Shown here: positions 49,365-59,212 of the stretch, in pieces
Numbering within the stretch: the stretch's first letter is position 1
How the letters are laid out: each line of letters starts with the position of its first letter
Assembly (NCBI GenBank): GCA_963837955.1
Contig: CAWIPH010000002.1
Location: 1 to 64,000 of the forward strand
DNA: 64,000 nt
Reading direction: 5' to 3'
DNA from: an uncultured Verrucomicrobiae bacterium
GTDB lineage: Bacteria; Verrucomicrobiota; Verrucomicrobiia; Chthoniobacterales; JAFAMB01
Translations under genes and position numbers: made by a program
Notes under the pieces: generated by a model
What the model saw: the letters and a program-made list of their open reading frames with translations, nothing else
What the model was told of the DNA's origin: nothing
Databases searched by the model: none

Positions 49365-49679
49365 ATCTCACGCAAAGTCGCAAAGGCGCAAAGAATGGGA
49401 GGCGGAATCCAGAATGTTTGGCACAGAAGTAAACGGAGATAACGGTTCGGCTGAGCCGTCGGGCGGCTCCACTCGAAGCCAATCTATCTCCCCGGTCACC
49501 TTCAATTCAAAATTCGTCTTTGCGCGAGGCTTTAACGGATTTCCGTACTGCGCGTTCCCTCGCACTTCTCACCAATCACCTCTCACCAATCACATTGGCT
49601 TCGACCGGAGCTCAGCCGCGCCTTTGCGTCTTTGCGTGAGATTTTCTAAGTCCGTTCTCCTTTGCGCCTTTGCGTGAGG
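49365..49679. repeat. Composite nested inverted repeat between convergent genes
   Basis: Outer ATCTCACGCAAAG / CTTTGCGTGAG arms; inner CGGCTGAG...TCGAAGCCAAT / ATTGGCTTCGA...CTCAGCCG pair; TCACCAA heptamers. Confidence 0.7.
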
Positions 49680-49681
49680 CT

Positions 49682-50701
49682 CTAACGGTTCACCGGCTCT
49701 GCGCTACTCAGATGTTCTTTGAGCACACTCGTTGACACGCTGTCAGCTCGACTTACTTCCCCGATGTTCCTGGTTTCGCGAACGTTGTAGGTGCTTTTAC
49801 CCTGCGACTCATAAAACGTCCGCATGAGCATTTCGGCCAGGAGCCCGAGCAGGATACACATCATCGCGATCATGAACGTCATCACGACGATCAAAGGTAA
49901 CGGCGTTGTGATGAAGTAGGTATTGTGAAACAATTTCAAGTAAAGCATCCACAAGAAGGCACAGCCGCTCACTGCCAGGCTGAATACGCCGCAACCACCA
50001 AAGAGATACATCGGTTTACTGGCAGCCCGATCGAGGAACTTTACGACTAGCAGATCTAGCAGGACCTTTAAGACCCGCTCGAATCCATACTTGGACTCTC
50101 CCGTCCGGCGCGGGTGATGGTTAACCACCAGCTCGGTAATCTTTGCTCCGTGCCAGGAGGCGTAGATCGGCAAAAAACGGTGCATCTCACCGTATAGGCG
50201 GATTCCATCGACTACCTGTCTTTTGTACGCTTTGAGCGAGCAGCCGAAGTCATGCAGCCGTACTCCAGACACCGCTGAAATCAGCCGGTTAGCCAGGATG
50301 CTCGGGATGTTGCGCTGGATGACATTATCCTGACGGTCTTTTCGCCAACCCGAAACAACGTCGTAGCCCTGTGCCAAAAGTTCTAACATCCGCGAAATGT
50401 CGGCCGGATCATTTTGCCCATCCCCATCCACCGGAATAATGACGTCACCCTTAGCGAAATCGAAACCTGCCATCATTGCGGCGGTCTGGCCGAAGTTTCG
50501 TTTGAAGTGGATCACCCGGATCCGCTGATCCGAATCGGCCAATCGATCCAGGATTTCCGCGGAATTATCCGTGCTACCGTCGTTGATGAAGATAATTTCC
50601 CAAGGCTTCCCCAGCCGCGTCAGCTCCTGTCTAACTCCCTGGCTGAGGTCGACCAGGGCCTCCTCTTCGTTGTAAACGGGGACAACAATCGAAATCAACA
50701 C
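49682..50701 (-). CDS. GT2 polyprenyl-phosphate glycosyltransferase (ArnC/GtrB/DPM1-like)
   Basis: ISIVVPVYNEE, INDGSTD, RNFGQTAA, DGDGQNDP, LHDFGCSLKAY, GEMHRFLP, two C-terminal TM helices. Confidence 0.92.
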   Translation of the reverse strand: MLISIVVPVYNEEEALVDLSQGVRQELTRLGKPWEIIFINDGSTDNSAEILDRLADSDQRIRVIHFKRNFGQTAAMMAGFDFAKGDVIIPVDGDGQNDPADISRMLELLAQGYDVVSGWRKDRQDNVIQRNIPSILANRLISAVSGVRLHDFGCSLKAYKRQVVDGIRLYGEMHRFLPIYASWHGAKITELVVNHHPRRTGESKYGFERVLKVLLDLLVVKFLDRAASKPMYLFGGCGVFSLAVSGCAFLWMLYLKLFHNTYFITTPLPLIVVMTFMIAMMCILLGLLAEMLMRTFYESQGKSTYNVRETRNIGEVSRADSVSTSVLKEHLSSAEPVNR

Positions 50702-50886
50702 CGTGGCCAGCTTCGTAAGAGAACCGTAAATGTCAACCAACTGGACGCACGCCTTCCCGAATTTCTGCAATTGTCAGCATCCTGAATCGCGGATATCTCT
50801 CCGGCACGCCTTGGAGGATTTTGAAAACAGGCCCTAGTATCCCCTGGGTTTAACAGTTCAACCAGGCACTGGCCGAAAACGACTTT

Positions 50887-50970
50887 ATGATCGAAGAAAT
50901 CAAGGATCGAGATCAAATCCTAGCCATAATCCTACGCGCAGATATTACGGCAAGGGCGTTGATTTTTTTG
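50887..50970 (+). pseudogene. 5' remnant of a homolog of the 51094 cupin-like gene
   Basis: MIEEIKDRDQILAIILRAD-(shift)-YGKGVDFF parallels MSIETIEYNGVKFAQVIWADTRVAKTTFF. Confidence 0.5.
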
Positions 50971-51093
50971 GGCTGAGTTTTTTGATATTAGCCTTTCGAC
51001 CGGATTCGGCGATAGCGTAGCCGCGAGCGTTCCCGGCGTTTGCCTTTAGATCTTCTCAATTGTAGATCCGGGGATACTTCCTTCGAAAAACGT

Positions 51094-51495
51094 ATGAGTA
51101 TCGAGACCATCGAATACAATGGCGTTAAATTTGCCCAAGTAATCTGGGCCGATACACGCGTTGCGAAAACGACTTTTTTCTCTCCGCCGGAATCCTCGTT
51201 CCAATTCGGGTTGCTCGCCCACGAAGCCGACTTTGTCGAGCCGCCTCATGTCCATCACGCGGTCAAAAGAGAAATTAATGATCTTCAACAGATGTTCGTG
51301 GTACAGCGCGGAGTGGTAGCTGTGCAGCTTTTCTCGGATGAGAAAGAGCTACTCAAAGAGGTCATCCTGAGACAAGGGGATGCTATCGTTTTGATTCATG
51401 GGATCCACGCGATCCGCGTCTTGGAAGATATGCAATGCATTAGCGTGAAGCAGGGACCCTTTCTCGGCACCGAGAAAGATAAGGTGTTCGTTTAG
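51094..51495 (+). CDS. Cupin-fold protein of sugar-nucleotide clusters
   Basis: TFFSP, PHVH, L..GD.IVL..G.H.I, VKQGPF. Confidence 0.75.
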   Translation: MSIETIEYNGVKFAQVIWADTRVAKTTFFSPPESSFQFGLLAHEADFVEPPHVHHAVKREINDLQQMFVVQRGVVAVQLFSDEKELLKEVILRQGDAIVLIHGIHAIRVLEDMQCISVKQGPFLGTEKDKVFV

Positions 51496-51517
51496 GAAGA
51501 ATCGAGTTGGTCCTTTT

Positions 51518-52633
51518 ATGATACAAGTTTATGAGCCCTGGGTCGGGAGCGAAGAAGCCGAAGCCGTAAAGCAGGCCGTTTTGAACGGAGAGCTTTCCGG
51601 TCTTTTTGGTAAATCAATTCCCTCGTTTGAGGAGCAGTTCTCGAGCCTAGTGGGTTGCCGCCACGGAATATCGGTAACTAGCGGAACTACCGCTTTGCAT
51701 CTGGCTGTGGCTGCCTGTCATTTTTCTCCCGGGGATGAGATTCTGGTTAGCGCGTCTACCAATATTGCGACCGCTCTGGCCATCGTTCATAACAATCTGG
51801 TTCCTGTTCCGGTTGACTCGGAACCTCACTCTTGGAATCTCAACCCGGATCTAATCGAAGGTCTAATTACCTCAAAGACCAGAGCCATCATGCCTGTGCA
51901 TCTTTTTGGCCATCCCGCGCGGATGGATCAGATCCAGGCGATTGCCGCCAAACATAATTTAGTGGTCATCGAGGATTGTGCGGAATCTCATGGGGCCACG
52001 TGGCAAGGCAAAACGACCGGTTCCTGGGGGGACATGGGTTGCTTCAGCTTTCTGGCCAACAAAATCATAACTACGGGAGAAGGCGGTATGATTGTTACCA
52101 ATGACGACTCGCTGGCTGCCGAAATGCGTCTGTTGCGAAACATGGCGTTTAAACATCCGCGGTTTGAGCACGATCGAGCAGGTTTTAATTTTCGCATGAC
52201 CGGATACCAGGCAGCTATGGGGTTGGTACAACTTTCCCGCTTTGACGAGGTTCTCAGGAGAAAGCGACACGTGGCCGACTGGTATGCCGAAAACCTTCGG
52301 GAAATTCCCGGTGTTACCTTACCTGCCGACTGTCAGGAGGGGCGGCACGTCTACTGGGTTTATGGAATTCTTCTCGACCCGAGCCTGGATCGTGAATCGG
52401 TGATGTCGCGACTGGAGCGAGCAGGCGTCGGGACTCGCACCTTTTTCTGTCCGATGAACCTGCAACCTTGTTTTCAACATATTCCAGAGTGCCAATCCGT
52501 TCCGTGTCCAGTTGCGGAAGATCTCTGGCGCCGCGGGTTTTATCTTCCGTCCGGACCGAATCTGACCGAAGCGCAGATAAAAGAAGTTGCCGGCCTTTTA
52601 GGGAAAGCAGTCCAGATTGCTGCCAACGCATGA
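51518..52633 (+). CDS. DegT/DnrJ/EryC1/StrS aminotransferase (perosamine synthetase-like)
   Basis: SGTTALHLA, AIMPVHLFG, IEDCAESHG, FSFLANKIITTGEGG, GFNFRMT. Confidence 0.92.
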   Translation: MIQVYEPWVGSEEAEAVKQAVLNGELSGLFGKSIPSFEEQFSSLVGCRHGISVTSGTTALHLAVAACHFSPGDEILVSASTNIATALAIVHNNLVPVPVDSEPHSWNLNPDLIEGLITSKTRAIMPVHLFGHPARMDQIQAIAAKHNLVVIEDCAESHGATWQGKTTGSWGDMGCFSFLANKIITTGEGGMIVTNDDSLAAEMRLLRNMAFKHPRFEHDRAGFNFRMTGYQAAMGLVQLSRFDEVLRRKRHVADWYAENLREIPGVTLPADCQEGRHVYWVYGILLDPSLDRESVMSRLERAGVGTRTFFCPMNLQPCFQHIPECQSVPCPVAEDLWRRGFYLPSGPNLTEAQIKEVAGLLGKAVQIAANA

Positions 52634-53400
52634 GCTATTCCGGCAAGCATGCTGAGTACTACGACCTGCTCTATCGGGACAAACCTTACCGGGAAGAGGC
52701 GGAATATGCACTTGGGCTGATTACCGCGAGCCGTCCCGGAGTTCGCACGATTCTTGATTTGGGATGCGGAACCGGTCTGCGTTGCCTGGAGTTGGCTCGA
52801 CGTGGGTATAAGTTGTGTGGCGTCGATCAAAGTTCAGCCATGCTGGCCGCGGCGCGCCAGCACTTGACCGCTGCTCTGGATATTTCCTCGGCGGACGTAG
52901 AATTTCTGGTCGGAGACATTACTACATTTCGAGCGGCCTCTAGTTACGATGCCGTGATCTCGCTGTTTCACGTATTCTGTTATTTGACGACAGAAGAGGA
53001 ATTGAAACAGGCGATCGACTGTTCCTTTGCCAACCTCAATTCCGGCGGAATCTTCCTTTTCGATTATTGGCACGGCCCGGGGGTGTTGCAGGATCCTCCC
53101 ACCAAGCGAACCAAGGTCGCCGAGAACTCTACTTTGGAGATCATAAGGACTTCGATCCCTCACCATTTGCCCGATCAGCATCTCGTTAAGTTGTCTCTCT
53201 CCCTAAATGTCGCTGAAAGAGATTCCGGGATATCTTATGATACCGAAGAGTCGTATACGTTGCGGTATTGGTTCCCTGATGAGTTGGAACAAGTGCTAGA
53301 GCGCTCCGGCTTCACGGATGTCCAACACTATGCTTGGATGACACAGTCAGCTCCCGGACCCGAAGCGTGGCAGGCCTGTACAATTACAAGAAAGCCATAA
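52630..53400 (+). CDS. Class I SAM-dependent methyltransferase
   Basis: YYDLLYRDK.Y, ILDLGCGTG, GVDQS..ML; ATGA overlap with the aminotransferase. Confidence 0.9.
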   Translation: MSYSGKHAEYYDLLYRDKPYREEAEYALGLITASRPGVRTILDLGCGTGLRCLELARRGYKLCGVDQSSAMLAAARQHLTAALDISSADVEFLVGDITTFRAASSYDAVISLFHVFCYLTTEEELKQAIDCSFANLNSGGIFLFDYWHGPGVLQDPPTKRTKVAENSTLEIIRTSIPHHLPDQHLVKLSLSLNVAERDSGISYDTEESYTLRYWFPDELEQVLERSGFTDVQHYAWMTQSAPGPEAWQACTITRKP

Positions 53401-53483
53401 TGCTGCTGCGTTGACTGATCGGACGTCTTTGGCTACTCAGCTGAAGATGACAATTCCTGCAACCCAACCGATCAAGGAGCCCC

Positions 53484-54161
53484 ATGCGATTTGCCATCTT
53501 CTATAAGGGTCTTTACCGTTGCGCGACCAAGAGCTTTAGGAAGAAGACCGGCGACAGACAAGATACGGAGATTTATTTCAATCCCGCGTTTGCTGAAGTC
53601 CTTGAGACGTGGGCGGTCAAAAATGCATGGCGCGAAATCCAAGTCTTGCTGAGTGATCGCGCCGGGAAAGTATTAGATGTTGCCTGCGGCACGGGCAGGA
53701 CTCACGATTTCCTCAAACGATTCAAGGATCTTGAGTACCACGGTTGCGATATTTCCTCGATGCTGATCGAGCGCGCGATTCAAAGAGGTATTGGTAAGCA
53801 GCGACTTCGTGTCTTGGACGCTACCCAACTCGACTACGCTGACGGCGAGTTTGATTTTCTTTTTTCGATAGGATCTCTCGAACACTTCACCGTTGATGGG
53901 CTGCGTTCGACATTAGCGGAATGCCGCCGCGTCTGTCGGGGAATCAATTTCCATATGATTCCTGTTTCTTTGAGTGGCTTAAACGAGGGATGGATTACGC
54001 CATACCAGAGCTATTGGAATAACAGTCAGCGTTGGTGGGAGCGCCTGTTTGAGGAAACCTTCGGATACAATGTCTGGACAATGTCTTCTAAGTGGCAAGA
54101 TGACCAATCTAAAGGGATCTGGTTCATCTGTGGGGCTGAAGAGTGCTTCACAAACGATTGA
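53484..54161 (+). CDS. Class I SAM-dependent methyltransferase
   Basis: VLDVACGTG, GCDIS, FSIGSLEHF. Confidence 0.85.
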   Translation: MRFAIFYKGLYRCATKSFRKKTGDRQDTEIYFNPAFAEVLETWAVKNAWREIQVLLSDRAGKVLDVACGTGRTHDFLKRFKDLEYHGCDISSMLIERAIQRGIGKQRLRVLDATQLDYADGEFDFLFSIGSLEHFTVDGLRSTLAECRRVCRGINFHMIPVSLSGLNEGWITPYQSYWNNSQRWWERLFEETFGYNVWTMSSKWQDDQSKGIWFICGAEECFTND

Positions 54162-54219
54162 TCTGCGCGGTGTCCTCTGACAGCCAGGCGGACGCTGAGA
54201 AGGCTCGTGATCAGAGGAA

Positions 54220-54500
54220 AGTTGTACGCACGAAAGTAGCCGAGAATTCCGATCTCAGAGTTGAAAGGGCCCAGTTCCTCGCCTGCCTGACCAACATGCG
54301 TCTCCCGTGCATGTGATTGAGAAAAGGCCCGCGTATCTTACGATGTCGCAGAGTCTTATACTTTGTGGTACCGGTTTCCGGAAGAGGTTGGAGAAAGTGC
54401 TCAAGAGTTCCGGCTTCAACGATATCCGGCACTATGCTTGGATGACGCATTCAGCCCTCGGACCCGAGGCATGGCAGGTTCGTACGGTTGCGGTAAAGCG
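54220..54500 (+). pseudogene. Degenerate 3' remnant paralogous to the 52630 methyltransferase
   Basis: RTKVAENS and SGFNDIRHYAWMTHSALGPEAWQ match RTKVAENS and SGFTDVQHYAWMTQSAPGPEAWQ; shared DNA CACTATGCTTGGATGAC. Confidence 0.8.
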
Positions 54501-54504
54501 TCAG

Positions 54505-55260
54505 TCACGCAGAAACTTTTCTACAGATAAATCCCTCAAATGATACGTCAGCACCGGGAAGGGCATAGTCGTCAAGAGCCGGGAACTCACCAAGGACTTT
54601 ATACCCCGACTCGGAAATCCATTTTAGAAACTTGGTCTTACTCAAGAACCACGCCGGAATACTAGCTTTATAGATCCAGCCAGGGACATGCTGAATTGTT
54701 AGTCTGTCTGAGTCCGCCATAATGAAGGCGGTTCGGTCTACAAAGATGTACAGGCTCCCGAGCCGTCGAAGAGTCTGTAACGTGTCCCAAGGTTTCGGCA
54801 AATATTGGAGAACACCCGAGAGGATAACCACGTTGGGTTGATAATTCTTAACGCAGTCCTCAATCGTCTCGAAAAAGTGCAGTTCGTTTGACGCGACGTG
54901 CCTTCGACCCGCTGCAACAAAGTGCGGCTGCTCTATCGTGGACCAATTGAGATCCGAGACAGCTTCCAGAAGACCACGGCTGTCGAAGTAGCTGGAACCC
55001 AATGATCCACCGAAATCCAAAACATCCAGCCGGTTCCCATCCTGGAGAGCGGCATTGAGTAAGGTGGTGATCAAAGGGAAGTTGTACGGAATCTGGTCGA
55101 GAAGAACTCCCTCCCGCTGCGCCGCCGCCTTCCCGCTTTTCACGGCTAGAGTAGCGGACACCACTGTCTCGAGAATCTCTTTCTGGTTATAGCCAGTAGC
55201 GTGGCGAGCAGCCTCGGCCCAGTTTTCGTAGTCGCCAGAAAAATAGATCTGATCAGTCAT
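54505..55260 (-). CDS. Putative methyltransferase (TIGR04325-like)
   Basis: W.EA...TGY, VLDFGGSLGS.Y, IEQ.HFV..G, SGVLQYL, DRT. Confidence 0.8.
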   Translation of the reverse strand: MTDQIYFSGDYENWAEAARHATGYNQKEILETVVSATLAVKSGKAAAQREGVLLDQIPYNFPLITTLLNAALQDGNRLDVLDFGGSLGSSYFDSRGLLEAVSDLNWSTIEQPHFVAAGRRHVASNELHFFETIEDCVKNYQPNVVILSGVLQYLPKPWDTLQTLRRLGSLYIFVDRTAFIMADSDRLTIQHVPGWIYKASIPAWFLSKTKFLKWISESGYKVLGEFPALDDYALPGADVSFEGFICRKVSA

Positions 55261-55451
55261 GTTTTTCCTGATCTGCGCGGCCAACGCGAGTATCTACTGA
55301 TTTCAGGTTCAGTCAACTCGTTGGGGCAGCTGGAACGCAGACGTGAGGAATCCGCGGCTCGAAACGGGTTGGAAGTTTCGAACCCCCTCAGGTTAGATCG
55401 TTCGATCAGTAAAATACTTGACGGAGAATTCAAATCCTGTTTGATCCCGCC

Positions 55452-56384
55452 ATGTCCTCTAACAACCAGATGGACGTTCTTTACTCTGTTCAATACCAAC
55501 TCGATGTCCTGACAGACCAAGTCGACCGGGCGAAGATACTGGCTGCGCAACCGATATTGCGTGAGTTCCGAAATTTGAGATCCCCTATTCCGCTCGCCGA
55601 AGCGGAGTTCCGGGTATTCTCCCAATTTGGAGATGATGGTATCCTCCAGTACGTTGTAACCAGACTTGACTTGCCCAAAGCTGAGCGTCGGTTCATCGAA
55701 TTTGGAGTGGAGGATTATCGAGAATCCAACACTCGGTTTCTGTTACTTAACAATAATTGGAGCGGGCTGGTGATGGATGGTAGCGAGGATCACATTACGT
55801 CTATTCGGCGTAATCAGATCTACTGGAGGTATGATCTTACTGCTTTGGCGCACTTCGTCACCCGCGAGAACATTAACTCGATTTTCGAGGAGGCCGAGTT
55901 TTCGGGCCCGATTGGAATCCTGAGCATCGATGTTGACGGTAACGACTACTGGATCTGGGAAGCCATCAGTACGGTAGATCCCGCCGTCGTCATTGTTGAA
56001 TATAACGGGATCTTTGGGAGCCGCGAGGCAGTGACGATTCCATATCAGGCGGATTTTCTTCGGCAAAATGCTCATTACTCCTTCCTATACTGGGGAACAT
56101 CGCTTCAGGCGCTCTGTCATCTCGCTGCCCAAAAAGGGTACGTCTGGATCGGTTGCAATAACGCAGGAAACAACGCCTACTTCGTGCGAAAGGAGCATGC
56201 TCGCGCATTTCATCAGCCAACTTTGCCGGAGGATTTCGTTGCTGCAAAATTCAGGGAAGGAAGAGACAAAGAGGGCAATCTTAGCTACGTCGGGCAAGAA
56301 AAGGGGTTTGCCCTGATTAAGGATCTTCCTGTCTGGGATGTGGTCAGGAATGAGACACGTGTCGTTGGTGATCTCGTGCGATAG
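55452..56384 (+). CDS. FkbM-related putative methyltransferase
   Basis: FSQFGDDGIL, FIEFGV, ESNTRFL, LSIDVDGNDYWIW, EYN, GNNAYFV. Confidence 0.7.
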   Translation: MSSNNQMDVLYSVQYQLDVLTDQVDRAKILAAQPILREFRNLRSPIPLAEAEFRVFSQFGDDGILQYVVTRLDLPKAERRFIEFGVEDYRESNTRFLLLNNNWSGLVMDGSEDHITSIRRNQIYWRYDLTALAHFVTRENINSIFEEAEFSGPIGILSIDVDGNDYWIWEAISTVDPAVVIVEYNGIFGSREAVTIPYQADFLRQNAHYSFLYWGTSLQALCHLAAQKGYVWIGCNNAGNNAYFVRKEHARAFHQPTLPEDFVAAKFREGRDKEGNLSYVGQEKGFALIKDLPVWDVVRNETRVVGDLVR

Positions 56385-56412
56385 GATGGATTGGAACTGC
56401 GAAATTCCTTCT

Positions 56413-57588
56413 ATGAAAATCGGCATCGTCATTTTGAAGGATGATCCCCAAATTGGTGGGGGACTTACTTTTGTTCAGGAAATTCTCGATGCATTCAGTC
56501 GCCACCTTTCAACATCCCCTCACACTTTTCACTTAGTGGGCGGTGAGCCGGCGAAGCCTGCGCATTTGGCTCATATACCTTTGCCCTGGATAACGTTGCG
56601 CTGGGTAAACATCCAGACGTTACGCGAAAATGGTGTTACGTATGACTTCGATTCTTACCCGGAGATCGCAGAGGAAAATTTCGATCTACTTTACTATCTC
56701 CATCCCTGGTCCTGTCCGATCAAGGATATCCCCTACATCCATACTGTATGGGACCTGCAACATCGCCGTCAGCCATTCTTCCCGGAAGTAACGTTGGGCG
56801 GGGAGTTTGACCGGCGGGAGGAGATGTATCGACGGTCACTGCAACGCGCGACGTACATAATCGCTGCGAACAATGTTGGTAGGGAAGAGATCGTGGCGTT
56901 TTACCAGGTAGCGCCTGAGAGGGTGCGCGCCATCCACCATCCAACTCCAGCATTTGCGCTAGAGGCGGCGGCTCATCCAGATGAAGAGGAGGTATTCGGA
57001 CGCTTGGGCATCAAAGGCGACTATCTCCTTTACCCGGCACAGATGTGGCCGCACAAGAACCACGTCTTACTCCTGCTGATGCTAAACGACCTGCGGGCTC
57101 GGTATGGATATGAATTGCAACTGGTTTTCACTGGGTCAAACCGTGGTAACCAGGAGTTCCTCAAGCGCAGGGCTCGAGAGTTGGCGGTGGAAGATCAGGT
57201 GATCTTCGCAGGTTTCGTCACGCAAGCGGAATTGGTTCCTATTTATCAACGAGCCGTTGCCATGGTATTCCCGAGTCTATTCGGTCCAGAGAATTTTCCA
57301 CCATTGGAGGCTTTCGCGCTGGGTTGTCCCGTTATTGCTGGGAGGGTGCCGGGAGCGGAGGACCAAATGGGAGATGCGGCTATCCTGGTAGATCCGACTA
57401 AGCCCGAACTCTGGAGTGATGCCGTGCAGCGACTGCGCCAGGACCTCAAACTGAGGCGGTCCTTGGTCAGTAAAGGGAAAGAGCGAGCATTGAGGTTCAC
57501 GTCAGATGATTTTATCAAAGAGGTTTTCAGTTTGATAGACGAGTTCGCCACCTATCGGCGGACCTGGCCTTCCTCGGATGACGCTTAG
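56413..57588 (+). CDS. GT4 glycosyltransferase (WbdA/MtfB-like)
   Basis: TVWDLQHR..P.FPE, YPAQMWPHKNH, FPSLFGPENFPPLEAFALGCPV. Confidence 0.88.
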   Translation: MKIGIVILKDDPQIGGGLTFVQEILDAFSRHLSTSPHTFHLVGGEPAKPAHLAHIPLPWITLRWVNIQTLRENGVTYDFDSYPEIAEENFDLLYYLHPWSCPIKDIPYIHTVWDLQHRRQPFFPEVTLGGEFDRREEMYRRSLQRATYIIAANNVGREEIVAFYQVAPERVRAIHHPTPAFALEAAAHPDEEEVFGRLGIKGDYLLYPAQMWPHKNHVLLLLMLNDLRARYGYELQLVFTGSNRGNQEFLKRRARELAVEDQVIFAGFVTQAELVPIYQRAVAMVFPSLFGPENFPPLEAFALGCPVIAGRVPGAEDQMGDAAILVDPTKPELWSDAVQRLRQDLKLRRSLVSKGKERALRFTSDDFIKEVFSLIDEFATYRRTWPSSDDA

Positions 57589-57686
57589 CCTGCGGGCAAC
57601 CGTGAGAGGCGCCGGGGTGTAAATGCTTGTGCGCAAGAAGGGCTCGGATCTAGAATAAAGAGTTTAAATCCACGCGACTAAGAGCC

Positions 57687-59091
57687 ATGGAGATACTTTC
57701 TAGAATCGCTAAGTTACCCGCCGCTCAGAAGCTTGGTGAATTGATCGACCGCTTTGTCGCGCACTTCCTGCGCCGAATCGACGATCGGTTGCGCCGAATC
57801 GATGATCGGCTGAATCGAATCGATGATCGGCTGCGGCCAATTGACGATCGACAGGATGCGGTAGAAAGGCTGGTCGTTTCGACTTTGTTGCCGCCCAAAG
57901 AGGCAGGTTATGACGTCATAGTGACTGCGAGCGAGGTGAGTGAGAAGCACGGTGCGGGTCTCTTGTTACGTCGAGCCTTCGATACTTGTCCTCAGATTCT
58001 CTCGGTTCGTAGCGCTGATGATTTCAAGGGTGAAAAATCATTCGGAGAGGAAAGCTTCCTGGTGTCTCACGGGTGGTCATCTCGTCCGAATTGGTTCGCC
58101 CATACGCTTCAACAATTGAGAGGAAGAGTGGCGCGTCGGGTGATTTGTGTACCCTATCAGCTGGATGAGTTAAAAACCGCGATCACCCTGAAAGAAATCT
58201 ATGGAGCTCCTATTTGTCTCTGGTTGATGGATGATAAGAGCGTCACGAATCATCAGATTCCATACGAGCTGATGAGAGAGTTTCTGGGAAAGTGTTCGTT
58301 GCGGTTGACGACCCACGCCGAGCTGCGAGACGCGTATGAACGCGCATTTGGGTTCAAATTCTACCTTTTTCCGGCTGTGGTCTCCGAAAACTTGATCGTG
58401 AAAGAAATCAGAACTCCGCGAGGGGAATTTATGGCGGAAAAGAGAGGGGCGATCTTTGGGAGCATTTCGAGCCGGAAATTGGCAGATAAGCTCATGCAGA
58501 CGATCAAGGTGTCGGGACTGCAGTGTGACTGGTTCGAGAACAATCACCTGCCGAGCTTTGAATTGAGCGATAGTGAGTTGACGGAAGCAGGGGTCACTCG
58601 CCAAGGCATTATTCCGGAGGAAGAGCTTCCCGGCCTGCTCGGACGGTATCCTTACCTTATTGTGCCCACAGGGGACTTGGATCCCGATGATCCGGAAACG
58701 CCCTTGGCTCGGTTGAACTTGCCGGGTCGGATCCTTTTTGCGATGGCGACCTCAAACACACCTTTCATTGTGCTGGGGCACCCGGATACGCCCGCTGCTC
58801 GCTTCGTTAGAGCATTTTCAAGTCGGCTTGCGGTCAGACTATGAGCCCGACGGTTTTTCCGCTGCGGTCCGGAGCATTGTCGAAGAGAAGACTCAATATG
58901 AGATGCGATCGAATGCGGTTGGCGTTGCGCCACTCCTTAGCAGCAAGGGCGCCAGCGACTGGGTCTTCCGTTCCCTGGAAATGGGCAAGGCTTGCGACGA
59001 TCGCTTCGAGCGACTAATGCCTTCAGTGGTTGGGGATAAATATTTTTCCCCGTCGATTGAAGGCTATTTTTCGCCGGCGATCGGTGGATGA
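57687..59091 (+). CDS. Glycosyltransferase-like protein with N-terminal heptad repeat; paralog of 43438; frameshift near 58810
   Basis: EVSEKHGAGLLL, WLMDD, LPGRI.F, LGHP.TPAARF, WVFRSLE.G.ACD.RFE.LMP. Confidence 0.7.
57768..57851 (+). repeat. 4 x 21-bp in-frame tandem repeat encoding L(R/N)(R/P)IDDR
   Basis: CTGCGCCGAATCGACGATCGG-type units. Confidence 0.85.
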
Positions 59092-59212
59092 CTAATTGTA
59101 ATGGACAATTTTTCATAGCGTGGCCCTTGGATTTCCCAAAGAGGTGGGTTGAATTGTCTTCCCTGTGAAAAGGCACTTCGCCAATTCGTCGAATGTCATT
59201 AGAGTCGCCAGA

